Shown: piece after piece, positions 9,725 to 19,745 of the stretch
How positions within the stretch are numbered: the stretch's first letter is position 1
Layout: each line of letters starts with the position of its first letter
Assembly: GCA_902569865.1 (NCBI GenBank)
Contig: CACFVT010000002.1
Location: 4,638 to 68,637, forward strand
Direction: 5' to 3'
Length of the DNA stretch: 64,000 nucleotides
Source of the DNA: an uncultured Alphaproteobacteria bacterium
Lineage (GTDB): Bacteria > Pseudomonadota > Alphaproteobacteria > HIMB59 > GCA-002718135
The notes under the pieces: model-generated
Database searches by the model: none
What the model saw: the letters and a program-made list of their open reading frames with translations, nothing else
What the model was told of the DNA's origin: nothing
Translations under genes and position numbers: made by a program

Positions 9725-10770
9725 AAATAAGAAATTTTTGGAGTTCAATTGATCAAATTAATTTCATTCTTATTCTAATATTAGGTTTACTAGGTGTTTT
9801 GCTGTCTTATTCAGTAAATCAAAATTTTTTATTGATAAATAGACATAGTATTTTCTATATTCTTAGTTTGGTAATTATTATTTTATTATCCCAACAATCA
9901 GATAAAAATATTAGAAGATTTGCTTTATTTGGTTTTATTGTATTGTTGATATTTTTAGCATCTCTATTATTTTTTGAATATGAGGTTAAAGGTGCGAAAA
10001 GATGGTTAAAATTATATAGTTTTTCATTTCAACCTTCAGAGGTTATAAAACCTTTTTTTATTATTTTAACATCTTGGGGAATTGCACAATCAATAGAAGG
10101 AAGAAAATATTTTTTAGCTGCAACTTTTAATTTTTTCATATTATTAATCGCCTTGGTTCTTATGCAGCCTGATTTGGGTATGACAATTCTAATAGCCTCA
10201 ACTTTTTTTTGTCAACTTTTTATAGCTGGTTTACCAATTTTCTTGGTTATTTATGGTGTGCTATTAATTTTTTCAGTTTCAATATTAGCTTATTTTTTTC
10301 TTGATCATGTAAAAAATAGGATAGACTCATTTTTAGGCAATGCAGATACCTATCAAATAGATTTAAGTTTATTAGCATTTAAATCTGGGGGAATTTTAGG
10401 CAAAGGCCCAGGACAAGGAGATTTAAAAGAGAAAATACCAGATGCAAATACAGATTTTATATTTGCTGTAGCTGGTGAAGAGTTAGGTTTAATTTTTTGT
10501 TTGATTATATTAATTATTATTCTTTCTATAGTTATTAAAACATTGTTAAAAGTTTTAAAAGTGAGTAATCCGTATAAAATAATTGCTATATCAGGATTAA
10601 TTTGCTCATTTGGTCTTCAAAGTTTAATTAATATTTTAAGTGCATTGGGCATGATACCCACAAAAGGCATGACACTTCCTTTTGTAAGTTATGGTGGCTC
10701 TTCGATGTTGGCTACAAGTATATTATTTGGATTTCTATTATCACTTACAAACTCAAATAATAATGAATAG
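9721..10770 (+). CDS. ftsW: Cell division protein FtsW (SEDS family)
   Basis: Polytopic membrane protein with QPSE, PDLG, DFIF and LPFVSYGGSS SEDS motifs. Confidence 0.85.
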   Translation: MKIRNFWSSIDQINFILILILGLLGVLLSYSVNQNFLLINRHSIFYILSLVIIILLSQQSDKNIRRFALFGFIVLLIFLASLLFFEYEVKGAKRWLKLYSFSFQPSEVIKPFFIILTSWGIAQSIEGRKYFLAATFNFFILLIALVLMQPDLGMTILIASTFFCQLFIAGLPIFLVIYGVLLIFSVSILAYFFLDHVKNRIDSFLGNADTYQIDLSLLAFKSGGILGKGPGQGDLKEKIPDANTDFIFAVAGEELGLIFCLIILIIILSIVIKTLLKVLKVSNPYKIIAISGLICSFGLQSLINILSALGMIPTKGMTLPFVSYGGSSMLATSILFGFLLSLTNSNNNE

Positions 10771-11848
10771 AAATATATTAATAATTACAGGAGGCACGGG
10801 AGGTCACGTGATTCCTGCAGTAAATTTTTATAATTACGTAAAAAATAAGAATAACAAAGTTTATTTATTAACTGATTATAGAGGAAGTAAATACATTAAT
10901 GATATTAATGAAAATAAAATATTTAAAATTTATTCTTCACACCTTTCAGGAAATTTATATTTTAAATTAAAGTCAATAATTAAATTGGTGGTAGGATTCA
11001 TTCAATCACTATTTATTTTTATTAGACTAAAACCAAAAACTATTATTTCATTTGGAAGTTATTCTTCTTCTATGCCATTAGTATGTTTTTTATTATTTAA
11101 ATTTTTTTTTAGGACTTCATTATATATTCATGAACAAAATTCAGTAGTAGGAAAAGTCAATAAAACTTTTATTAAATTTTCTAAACAAATTTTTATGAAT
11201 TTTGAAAAAGATTATATAAATATTAAAAAATATTATAATAAAGTATCAATTGTAGGATTACCTCAGAAAATTAATTTTAATAATTTAAATAAAAAAAATA
11301 ACAGACCTTTTTTTAATTTTTTAGTATTTGCTGGAAGTCAAGGTTCATTAGATATTTTATCTATTTTTAAGGAGATAATAAGAAATTTAGAAAAAAAATC
11401 ATATTTACAAGAAATTTTTTTCACTATTCAGGCGCCTTTAGCACAACATAAAGAAATTGAAAATTTATTAAAAAACAATGGCTACAATTTTAAAATACAA
11501 AATTTTTATAATAATTTTGATGATATTTTAGAAAAAACAGATATTGCTCTTTGCAGATCAGGTGCTGGAACTATAAATGATTTAATTAATCATAAAATTC
11601 CAGCCATAATTTGCCCCTTACCTTCGGCTAAAGATAATCATCAATATGAAAATGCTAAAATACTTAGCAGCATTAACTGTGCTATAATAGTAAATAAAAA
11701 TAAAATAAATAACAATGAAATCATGTTATTTATAAATAAACTGGCAAATGATAAAAATTTTAAAAGTAACTTGAAAGAAAATTTCAATAAAATTGCGATT
11801 AGAAATGCAAATGAATTAATGTGGAATTTTATTAAAAATGAAAAATAA
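10763..11848 (+). CDS. murG: UDP-N-acetylglucosamine--N-acetylmuramyl-(pentapeptide) pyrophosphoryl-undecaprenol GlcNAc transferase
   Basis: Starts MNRNILIITGGTGGHVIPA. Start chosen at the ATG at 10763, which overlaps the ftsW stop. The longer ORF from 10691 lies inside ftsW. Confidence 0.85.
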   Translation: MNRNILIITGGTGGHVIPAVNFYNYVKNKNNKVYLLTDYRGSKYINDINENKIFKIYSSHLSGNLYFKLKSIIKLVVGFIQSLFIFIRLKPKTIISFGSYSSSMPLVCFLLFKFFFRTSLYIHEQNSVVGKVNKTFIKFSKQIFMNFEKDYINIKKYYNKVSIVGLPQKINFNNLNKKNNRPFFNFLVFAGSQGSLDILSIFKEIIRNLEKKSYLQEIFFTIQAPLAQHKEIENLLKNNGYNFKIQNFYNNFDDILEKTDIALCRSGAGTINDLINHKIPAIICPLPSAKDNHQYENAKILSSINCAIIVNKNKINNNEIMLFINKLANDKNFKSNLKENFNKIAIRNANELMWNFIKNEK

Positions 11849-13217
11849 GAATATAAAAATACATTTTATTGGAATTGGTGGTATTGGCATGTCAGGTATT
11901 GCGGAGTTAATGCATAAAATAGGTTATAAAGTTTTAGGTAGTGATATAATTGAAAGTGAAAATACAAAGAGATTAAGAGAAATTGGTATTATTGTAAAAA
12001 TAGGACATTATAAAAAAAATATAACAGATGTTAATGCAGTGGTTTATTCTTCTGCTGTAAATCAAAATAATCCTGAAATAGCAGAAGCTAAAAAAAATAA
12101 AATCCCAATAGTAAGTAGAGCCGATATGCTTGCGGAACTTATGAAAAATAAAAAATGTATTGCTGTTGCCGGATCTCACGGAAAAACTACAACGACAAGT
12201 TTGGTTGGAAATATTTTAGAATCTGGAAATCTTGATCCAACAATTGTTAACGGTGGAATCATAAATTCTATTTCTAAAAATAATAAATTTGGCAAAGGTG
12301 ACTGGATGGTTGTAGAGGCTGATGAAAGTGATGGTTCATTTTTAAAATTACCTCATCAAATATCTATAATTACAAACTTAGATATTGAGCATTTAGATTA
12401 TTATCAATCTCTAGGAAATTTAAATTTAGCCTTTGAACAATTTATTAAGAATCTTCCATTTTATGGAACATCTATTATTAATGAGGATGATAAAAATCTT
12501 AAAAAATTAATTCTTAAAAATGATACTAGAAAGATAATTTCTTACTCAAGTAAAAACAAAAATACTGATGTTTATATAGAAGACGTTATTTTATTTCAGC
12601 ACTACAGTCAATTTAAATTAAAATTTAATAATTCAATTAATAAATTATCAGGCTCACACTCATACAAAATAAAAGCAATAGGTTTGCATAATATTTATAA
12701 TGCAACTGCTGCAATCATAGCTGGTTTATTATCAGGTGTAAAAAATAATTATATTAAATTAGCCTTAATTAACTATATTGGAGTAAAAAGAAGATTTACA
12801 CATTTAGGAAAAGTAAATTTATCTAATATATATGATGATTATGCTCATCACCCAACAGAAATTCTTGCAACTATAAAAGGTGCAAAACAAGTTAATAAAA
12901 AAATTATTATAGTTTTTCAACCCCATAGATATTCCAGAACTAAAATATTGTTTAATGAATTTATAAATGTCCTATCTAAAATTAATAAGTTGTATTTACT
13001 TGAAACATATTCAGCAGGAGAAAAAAAAATTAAGGGTTTTGAAACTAAAGATATTTATAATAAGTTACAAAAACTAAAAAAAAATGTAGTCTACGTTAGA
13101 AAAAATAATTTAAATAACATTGTCTACAAAGAAACATACCAACAAAATATCATTATATTTATGGGTGCTGGCTCAATTAGTAAAATAGCAAGTAACTTTG
13201 TGAAAATTAATGAGTGA
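11838..13217 (+). CDS. murC: UDP-N-acetylmuramate--L-alanine ligase
   Basis: Contains HFIGIGGIGMSGIAE, GSHGKTTTT and DDYAHHPTE. Confidence 0.9.
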   Translation: MKNKNIKIHFIGIGGIGMSGIAELMHKIGYKVLGSDIIESENTKRLREIGIIVKIGHYKKNITDVNAVVYSSAVNQNNPEIAEAKKNKIPIVSRADMLAELMKNKKCIAVAGSHGKTTTTSLVGNILESGNLDPTIVNGGIINSISKNNKFGKGDWMVVEADESDGSFLKLPHQISIITNLDIEHLDYYQSLGNLNLAFEQFIKNLPFYGTSIINEDDKNLKKLILKNDTRKIISYSSKNKNTDVYIEDVILFQHYSQFKLKFNNSINKLSGSHSYKIKAIGLHNIYNATAAIIAGLLSGVKNNYIKLALINYIGVKRRFTHLGKVNLSNIYDDYAHHPTEILATIKGAKQVNKKIIIVFQPHRYSRTKILFNEFINVLSKINKLYLLETYSAGEKKIKGFETKDIYNKLQKLKKNVVYVRKNNLNNIVYKETYQQNIIIFMGAGSISKIASNFVKINE

Positions 13218-14103
13218 CATAATTTACGAAATACAATCAAAAATAAAAAGTAAAATTTTATTTGATTATGATATGGGAAAATCTACTTGGTTTAGAGCAG
13301 GAGGCAAAGCAAAAGGATATGTAACTGTTAATAATTTAAAAGATTTAAAAACAATAGTTCGTTATGAAGATAAAATAAAATATTCAATTATAGGTGTTGG
13401 TTCTAATCTATTAGTTCGAGACTCAGGATATAATGGCTTGATAATTAAATTAGGAAAAAATTTTAATAAGATTAAAATTAAGAAGAATATTTTAAGTGTT
13501 GGCGCAAGTGTTTTAGATATAAACCTAGCAAAATTTGCACTAAAAAACTCAATAAAAGATTTCGAATTCTTTGTTGGTATACCGGGTACAATCGGTGGAG
13601 CAGTTAAGATGAATGCTGGTTGTTATGGATCTCAAACATCAGATAATTTAAAAAGAGTTTTAATTTTAAATGCTAAAGGGAAAATTCAATATATTAATTT
13701 AATAGACTTAAATTTAGAGTATAGATCGTCTAAATTAGATAAGAAGTCTATTATTTTACAAGCAGATTTTAATTTTCATCGTTCATCCTATGATGAAATT
13801 TTTAATAAAAATAATTATATAAAATTAAAGCGAGAGGAATCACAGCCTCTAAAAGAAAAAACTTCCGGAAGTACTTTTAAAAACCCTCCAAATAAATTCT
13901 CTGCTGAACTTATTGAAAAAGCAGGATGTAAGGGTTTGCAAGTTGGAGGTGCCTCAGTAAGTCATGTTCATGCAAACTTTATAATAAATAATGGCACTGC
14001 TACAGCAACTGATATTGAAAAATTAGGAAGAAAAGTAATTAAAAGGGTAAAAGAGATGTTTGGAATTACACTTGAATGGGAAATAAAAATTTTAGGTGAG
14101 TAA
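13210..14103 (+). CDS. murB: UDP-N-acetylenolpyruvoylglucosamine reductase
   Basis: FAD-binding pattern IGVGSNLLV, GSTFKNP and a GASVS..HANFIIN-type C-terminal half. Confidence 0.85.
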   Translation: MSDIIYEIQSKIKSKILFDYDMGKSTWFRAGGKAKGYVTVNNLKDLKTIVRYEDKIKYSIIGVGSNLLVRDSGYNGLIIKLGKNFNKIKIKKNILSVGASVLDINLAKFALKNSIKDFEFFVGIPGTIGGAVKMNAGCYGSQTSDNLKRVLILNAKGKIQYINLIDLNLEYRSSKLDKKSIILQADFNFHRSSYDEIFNKNNYIKLKREESQPLKEKTSGSTFKNPPNKFSAELIEKAGCKGLQVGGASVSHVHANFIINNGTATATDIEKLGRKVIKRVKEMFGITLEWEIKILGE

Positions 14104-15049
14104 ATTGAAGAAAATTTTGATATTACAGGGTGGTCATAATGAAGAGCACAAAGTTTCACTAAACACAGCAAAACAAATAGCAAAAGCCCTAACAAAACTG
14201 AAAATTAAATTTAAAACTCTAACTGTTAATCCTTATACATTTCAAAAAGATATATTAAAATTTTCAAATAAATACATTTGTTTTAATGCTTTACATGGTT
14301 CATTTGGGGAAGATGGAGAATTACAAAAAATTTTAAAAAATAATAAATTTTGTTTTACTCATTCAAATCATATTTCTTCAGCTAACTGTTTTAGTAAATT
14401 AAAATCGAAAAAAATTGTTAACAAATTCAAAATAATTACTCCTTCATTTGAATTGGTAAAATGTGAAAATATTAATTCTGAGTTATTATATTTAATTAAA
14501 AAAAAATTTTCTAAATTTGTTTTAAAACCTGTATCAAGTGGTTCTAGTCACGGTTTAAAAATTATAAAATCAAATAAAGATTTGTCTGTTTTTTTTGAAG
14601 AGCTTAGGAGTTTTAAAAAAAGATTCCATAAGAGTGAACAATTTATAATAGAAAAATATATTTCAGGCAAAGAACTAACAGTATCTGTTTTAGAAAAAAA
14701 TTCTATTCCTCAACCTTTAGAGGTTACAGAAATAGAGTCATTGAATGAAACATATGATTATCAAGCAAAATATTCAAAGGGTTTTTCAAAGCATTTTATA
14801 CCCGCAAGAATTTCTAAACAAAATTATAAGAAATGTTTAAATTTAGCTTTGAAAATTCATAAAATTTTTAAATGCAAAACTTTATCAAGAATTGATTTTA
14901 TTTTTAATAAAAAACAAAATAAAATTTATTTTTTAGAAATAAATTCTCAACCAGGAATGACCGCACTCTCTTTATTGCCAGAACAAGCAAATTATCAAAA
15001 AATAAAGTTTGAAAATATTGTTTTGAAGTTAATTGATAATGCAAGATGA
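14096..15049 (+). CDS. ddl: D-alanine--D-alanine ligase
   Basis: GTG start. Contains FNALHGSFGEDGELQ, an ATP-grasp core and EINSQPGMT. Confidence 0.8.
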   Translation: MSKLKKILILQGGHNEEHKVSLNTAKQIAKALTKLKIKFKTLTVNPYTFQKDILKFSNKYICFNALHGSFGEDGELQKILKNNKFCFTHSNHISSANCFSKLKSKKIVNKFKIITPSFELVKCENINSELLYLIKKKFSKFVLKPVSSGSSHGLKIIKSNKDLSVFFEELRSFKKRFHKSEQFIIEKYISGKELTVSVLEKNSIPQPLEVTEIESLNETYDYQAKYSKGFSKHFIPARISKQNYKKCLNLALKIHKIFKCKTLSRIDFIFNKKQNKIYFLEINSQPGMTALSLLPEQANYQKIKFENIVLKLIDNAR

Positions 15050-15813
15050 GTAATAATTTTAATAAAAAAAAATTTATTTTCTTACCAAGTTTTAAAAGAA
15101 TTAAATATTTAATTATTATTTTAACTGTAATCCTATTTTTATTTTTAATTTATGAAGAATTGTATTTTAAGAAAAGATATAAAGTATTTCTCCAAGAATT
15201 TTCTATAAAATATAATTATCTATTAGAAACTTATGAAACTAATGCTATTAGAAGAGTGGAAAAATTAGAAATATCTAATATAATTAATTCACACTTGGGT
15301 AAATCAATTTTTTTAATTCCTTTAAGTGATATTTCTTATGAGATTGAAAATTTAAGATGGGTTAAGAGTGTTAATTTGTCTACAAACTTAAAAAATAACA
15401 TTAAAGTTGAAGTTCTAGAATATGAGCCAGCTGGACTATATTTTTTTAATAATCAAACTTTTTACTTTTCTCAAGAAGGAAAAATTATAGATAAATATAA
15501 TAATAAGCTTAACGAAAAGTTTATAATTTTCTCAGGAAAAAATGCATTAAATCATGCTTTAGAATTATTAGGAATTATAAATAATTTAAATCACCCTGAT
15601 TTAACAAGTATTGAAGAAGCCTATTATATTAATGAAAGAAGGTGGAATCTTAAATTTACAAATCAAATTATAGTATATTTACCAGAAAAAAATATTGAAA
15701 CATCTCTAATAAATTATATTAAATTAATAAAAGAATTAAAAGAAAGTGAAATTCTTTCTATCAAAACTATTGATTTAAGAAATAACAAAAAAGCATTAAT
15801 AAATTTTGAATAA
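15046..15813 (+). CDS. ftsQ: Cell division protein FtsQ
   Basis: N-terminal transmembrane helix followed by a POTRA-like region, in the canonical position between ddl and ftsA. Confidence 0.7.
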   Translation: MSNNFNKKKFIFLPSFKRIKYLIIILTVILFLFLIYEELYFKKRYKVFLQEFSIKYNYLLETYETNAIRRVEKLEISNIINSHLGKSIFLIPLSDISYEIENLRWVKSVNLSTNLKNNIKVEVLEYEPAGLYFFNNQTFYFSQEGKIIDKYNNKLNEKFIIFSGKNALNHALELLGIINNLNHPDLTSIEEAYYINERRWNLKFTNQIIVYLPEKNIETSLINYIKLIKELKESEILSIKTIDLRNNKKALINFE

Positions 15814-17034
15814 ATGATAAAAGTTGGATTAAATATTGGCAATTCTAAAATATCTTGTGCAGTAATTGAAATAAAAGATAATAATAATATTAAATTATTG
15901 TCATGTGAAAGTTACCCATCAAAAATTTTAAAAAAAAATATTATTACTAATTTTGATGAACTATTAAGTGAAGTTAGATCTTTAATTAATGAATCCGAAA
16001 AAAAATCCCATACTAAAATAAATTCTATTAATTTAAATATACCAACAGTTGAAAGTATCTCAAAATATTATGAGTCAGAAATAAATAATATCAATAGCGA
16101 AATAACTGAACTGGATATTAAAAAAGCAATTAATAATTCTGATTACTTTGCTGTTAAAGAAGATTATTTCGAATTATTAAATAATATTTATGGTTATATT
16201 TTGGACAATAATTTATTGTTTAACTCACCAGTTGGCAATTATGCTAATTACTTAAAAATATTATTTTATAAAATTTTAATCCCCTACAAGACTCTTAATA
16301 GTTATAAAAATATTATTGATAAATTAAATATTAAAATTGATAATTTTGTTCCTTCACCTTTATCCTCATCTTTAGCAGTCTTAAGTGAGGATGAAAAAAT
16401 GATTGGATCTATTTGTATTGATTTAGGTCATTCAAATACTTCAATATCCATTTTTGAAAATAACAATTTTATATATGGTGACAGTGTTCTAGTTGGAAGC
16501 AACAACATAACCAATGATATTGCCAGAGGCGTTTCTACAACTTTAGATAGCGCTGAAAGATTGAAGACTTTGTATAGTTCGTTAATAAGTGCGCCAAGTG
16601 ATGAATATGAAATAATTGAAGTTCCAATTATATCTGGAGAAAATGATAAATTTGTTCAAATAAATAGATTGAAAATTAATTCTATAGTTAAACCACGTGT
16701 TGAGGAAACTCTTGAAATGATTTGGCAAAAGTTGAAGCAAAACAATCTAGATAAAAAACAAATTAAAAATGTTGTTTTAACAGGTGGAGGATCCCAGCTG
16801 GAGGGTATATCACAATATGCTGAGATGATATTTTCAAGCAATGTTAGAATTGGTTTCCCAAAAGAGGACATTATTCCTGAAAAAAGTTTGATAAATTCAA
16901 GTTTTTCAGATGTAATTGGATCTAGTTTATTTAACCCAGACGTTATTTTAGACAAAATATTAGATAAAAAAGGAAAAAAACAAAAAAAACAAGGTTTTAA
17001 GGGTTTTTTTAATTGGCTAGACCAATATATTTAA
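15814..17034 (+). CDS. ftsA: Cell division protein FtsA
   Basis: Actin-like ATPase pattern (DLGHSNTSISIF, VLTGGGSQLEGI), immediately upstream of ftsZ. Confidence 0.8.
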   Translation: MIKVGLNIGNSKISCAVIEIKDNNNIKLLSCESYPSKILKKNIITNFDELLSEVRSLINESEKKSHTKINSINLNIPTVESISKYYESEINNINSEITELDIKKAINNSDYFAVKEDYFELLNNIYGYILDNNLLFNSPVGNYANYLKILFYKILIPYKTLNSYKNIIDKLNIKIDNFVPSPLSSSLAVLSEDEKMIGSICIDLGHSNTSISIFENNNFIYGDSVLVGSNNITNDIARGVSTTLDSAERLKTLYSSLISAPSDEYEIIEVPIISGENDKFVQINRLKINSIVKPRVEETLEMIWQKLKQNNLDKKQIKNVVLTGGGSQLEGISQYAEMIFSSNVRIGFPKEDIIPEKSLINSSFSDVIGSSLFNPDVILDKILDKKGKKQKKQGFKGFFNWLDQYI

Positions 17035-17113
17035 TATACAATATATAGATATTTATAATTGACGATTTCGGCAACGAATCGTTAAAAAACAAATAAACGG
17101 CGGAGATTTACAA

Positions 17114-18784
17114 ATGACTATAAATATTTCATTACAAGATGTAGGTGACAATTTGCATCCAAAAATAACAGTTCTAGGTGTTGGCGGATCAGGTGGAAAC
17201 GCCGTTAATAATATGATGAATTCAAATCTTGAAGGTGTTGATTTTTTAATAGCAAACACTGATGCGCAGGCATTGCAAATATCCTCATGTCAAAATAAAA
17301 TACAACTAGGTTTAAACAGTACTCGAGGTTTAGGTGCTGGAATGAGACCTGACATTGGGAGACAGGCTGCAGAAGAGGCAATACATGAGATTGCTGAAAA
17401 ATTAGACGGAAGTCATATGTTGTTTATTGCTGCTGGTATGGGCGGTGGTACGGGTACTGGGGCCGCACCTGTAATAGCAAAGCTTGCTAGAGAGAGAGGC
17501 ATTCTAACTGTAGGTGTTGTAACAAAACCTTTTCATTTTGAAGGCTCTCAAAGAATGAAATTAGCTGAAAAAGGAATTGAAGAGCTTCAGCAGTTTGTTG
17601 ATACGTTATTAACAATACCAAATCAAAATTTATTTAGAATAGCTAATGAAAAAACCACTTTTTCAGATGCATTTAAAATGGCCGATGATGTATTATATGC
17701 TGGTGTTAGAGGCGTAACAGATTTGATGGTTCAACCTGGAATGATAAATCTTGATTTTTCTGATGTTAAAACTGTTATGTCAGAAATGGGAAAAGCAATG
17801 ATGGGTACCGGTGAAGCTTCAGGTGAGGGTAGAGCAGTAGCAGCTGCAGAAGCTGCAATAGCAAACCCACTTATTGATGACGTGTCCTTGAAAGGTGCAA
17901 AAGGATTAATTATTAATATAACAGGAGGCAAAGATATCACTTTATATGAAGTAGATGAAGCAGCTAACAGAATTAAACAAGAGGTAGACGAAGAGGCTAA
18001 TATTATTTATGGAACTACTTGTGATGATAGATTAGATGGTCTAGTAAGAGTTAGTATTGTTGCTACGGGTATTGACTCAAACGTAAGCATTAACGCAAAG
18101 CCATTAGAAAGTTTTGCAGCTATAAAGATTAATAATGATGTTTATAAATCAGATCAGATCAATGAGGAAAACAACGAAACGTCTATTCTTGAAAATGAAG
18201 GCAATTATCAAGTAACAAATATTGATCAAAATGAAAATGATCAAGAGACTCATTTATCTGAAATAAATAAAGAAAATGATCATGTAGAAAATTTCAATGA
18301 AAATATAGAAAGCACCAAAAAAGAAATTATTTCAGATCATTCTAATATAGAAATATCTGATGCTCAGAAAGAACAAGATAATGAAGAGATTGAAGTTTCT
18401 AACGAAGATATTATCTCCTCTGATAATCAAGAAAATACAATTTCAGAAACTCACTTAAACTCTGATGAAATTAATGCTAATCTTCAAGATGAAAGTAAAG
18501 AATCAGATATAAGTGAAATTTCAGTCAGAAGATTAAGTTTATTTGATAGTATTTCTTCAAATAATTCAACTGAAACATCTGAGCAGAATGATAAAACAGA
18601 ACCAGTTATTTCAGAAAATATTGATGATTCATTATTAGCTGAAGCTGAAATCAAAAATGAATCTAAAGAGAAATTAGAGCCTGAATTTAGTGCAACTGGG
18701 GATGATTTAGATGAAGATTTTAACCAAGAAACTGAGGAAGAATTACTAGATATTCCAACCTTCTTGAGAAGACAGGCAAACTAA
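17114..18784 (+). CDS. ftsZ: Cell division GTPase FtsZ with a long acidic C-terminal linker
   Basis: Contains [13 protein letters not shown] and [13 protein letters not shown] (tubulin signature) and the C-terminal anchor peptide [12 protein letters not shown]. About 215 aa of E/N/D/S-rich linker separates the core from the anchor. Confidence 0.95.
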   Translation: MTINISLQDVGDNLHPKITVLGVGGSGGNAVNNMMNSNLEGVDFLIANTDAQALQISSCQNKIQLGLNSTRGLGAGMRPDIGRQAAEEAIHEIAEKLDGSHMLFIAAGMGGGTGTGAAPVIAKLARERGILTVGVVTKPFHFEGSQRMKLAEKGIEELQQFVDTLLTIPNQNLFRIANEKTTFSDAFKMADDVLYAGVRGVTDLMVQPGMINLDFSDVKTVMSEMGKAMMGTGEASGEGRAVAAAEAAIANPLIDDVSLKGAKGLIINITGGKDITLYEVDEAANRIKQEVDEEANIIYGTTCDDRLDGLVRVSIVATGIDSNVSINAKPLESFAAIKINNDVYKSDQINEENNETSILENEGNYQVTNIDQNENDQETHLSEINKENDHVENFNENIESTKKEIISDHSNIEISDAQKEQDNEEIEVSNEDIISSDNQENTISETHLNSDEINANLQDESKESDISEISVRRLSLFDSISSNNSTETSEQNDKTEPVISENIDDSLLAEAEIKNESKEKLEPEFSATGDDLDEDFNQETEEELLDIPTFLRRQAN

Positions 18785-18841
18785 CTGCTTGTAATATTTT
18801 GTAATATTCAGTTAGTTGTCGAATTTCTAAAAAATATATAA

Positions 18842-18867
18842 AAAAGTGCTTTAAATAGCACTTTTTT
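18842..18867 (+). terminator. Putative intrinsic terminator after ftsZ
   Basis: AAAAGTGCT-TTAAAT-AGCACTTTT hairpin (9-bp stem) followed by a T-run, ending 3 nt before the lpxC ATG. Confidence 0.5.
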
Positions 18868-18869
18868 AC

Positions 18870-19745
18870 ATGATAGCGATTAAACCTAAAAATAATAATC
18901 AACAAACTATAGAAGGCTCTCTATTTGTAAAAGGCATTGGTTTGCATTCCGGTAAAGATGTTGAGTTAAAACTAGAACCTGCGGAAGTTGATAATGGCAT
19001 AAAGTTTATTCGTGTAGACTCAAAAAAAAATAATATTATTGAAGCTATTTGGTCTAATGTTTCAGAGACTCTTTTAAGCACAACAATTTCAAATGAATAT
19101 GGTTTAAAAATATCAACAATAGAACATTTGATGAGCGCTCTATCAGGACTACATATTGATAACTTAAATATTTATATCAATACTGCAGAAGTTCCAATTA
19201 TGGATGGAAGTTCAAGACCTTTTGTAGACATGATAGAAAAAATTGGTATCAAAAAACAAAATAAAAAACGAAAATTTTTGAATGTAAAAAAAATAATAGA
19301 AGTTTCTCATAATAACAGTTCAGTAAAAATCATACCAAATAATCAATTTTCGATAGATTTTGAAATTGATTTTCCAAGTCAATTAGTTTCAAGACAGTCT
19401 TGTCAATTACAACTAATTAATGGAAACTACAAAACAGATATAGCGGCAGCAAGAACTTTTGGGTTTGAGAAAGACGTAGAACAATTGAGATCAAATGGAT
19501 TGGCTCTTGGTGGCTCTCTTGATAATGCTGTAGTTGTTGGAGAAAACGAGATTTTAAATAAAGATGGTTTAAGATATACTGATGAATTTGTTAGGCATAA
19601 AATATTAGACTCAATTGGCGATCTTTACTTAGCTGGATCACCAATTATTGGATATTTTTATGGAAATAAATCTGGACACTATCTTAATAATCAACTTTTA
19701 AGAAAATTATTTTCAGATGAGTCTAATTACGAGTATATAGCTTAG
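18870..19745 (+). CDS. lpxC: UDP-3-O-acyl-N-acetylglucosamine deacetylase
   Basis: Contains GIGLHSGKDV, STIEHLMSAL, EVPIMDGSS and RHKILDSIGDL. Confidence 0.9.
   Translation: MIAIKPKNNNQQTIEGSLFVKGIGLHSGKDVELKLEPAEVDNGIKFIRVDSKKNNIIEAIWSNVSETLLSTTISNEYGLKISTIEHLMSALSGLHIDNLNIYINTAEVPIMDGSSRPFVDMIEKIGIKKQNKKRKFLNVKKIIEVSHNNSSVKIIPNNQFSIDFEIDFPSQLVSRQSCQLQLINGNYKTDIAAARTFGFEKDVEQLRSNGLALGGSLDNAVVVGENEILNKDGLRYTDEFVRHKILDSIGDLYLAGSPIIGYFYGNKSGHYLNNQLLRKLFSDESNYEYIA

Noticed and set aside
10691-10762. Upstream extension of murG
   Set aside because: It overlaps the 3' end of ftsW in another frame. The conserved MurG N-terminus (MNRNILIITGGTGGH) begins at 10763.
17062-17082. Small hairpin (ACGATT...AATCGT) between ftsA and ftsZ
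   Set aside because: It has only a 6-7-bp stem and no T-run. It is too weak to call as a terminator or regulatory element.
18781-18815. Inverted repeat CTAACTG...CAGTTAG with an internal TGTAATATT duplication just after the ftsZ stop
   Set aside because: A 7-bp stem with a 21-nt loop is thermodynamically marginal. The clearer hairpin at 18842-18867 is the better terminator candidate.
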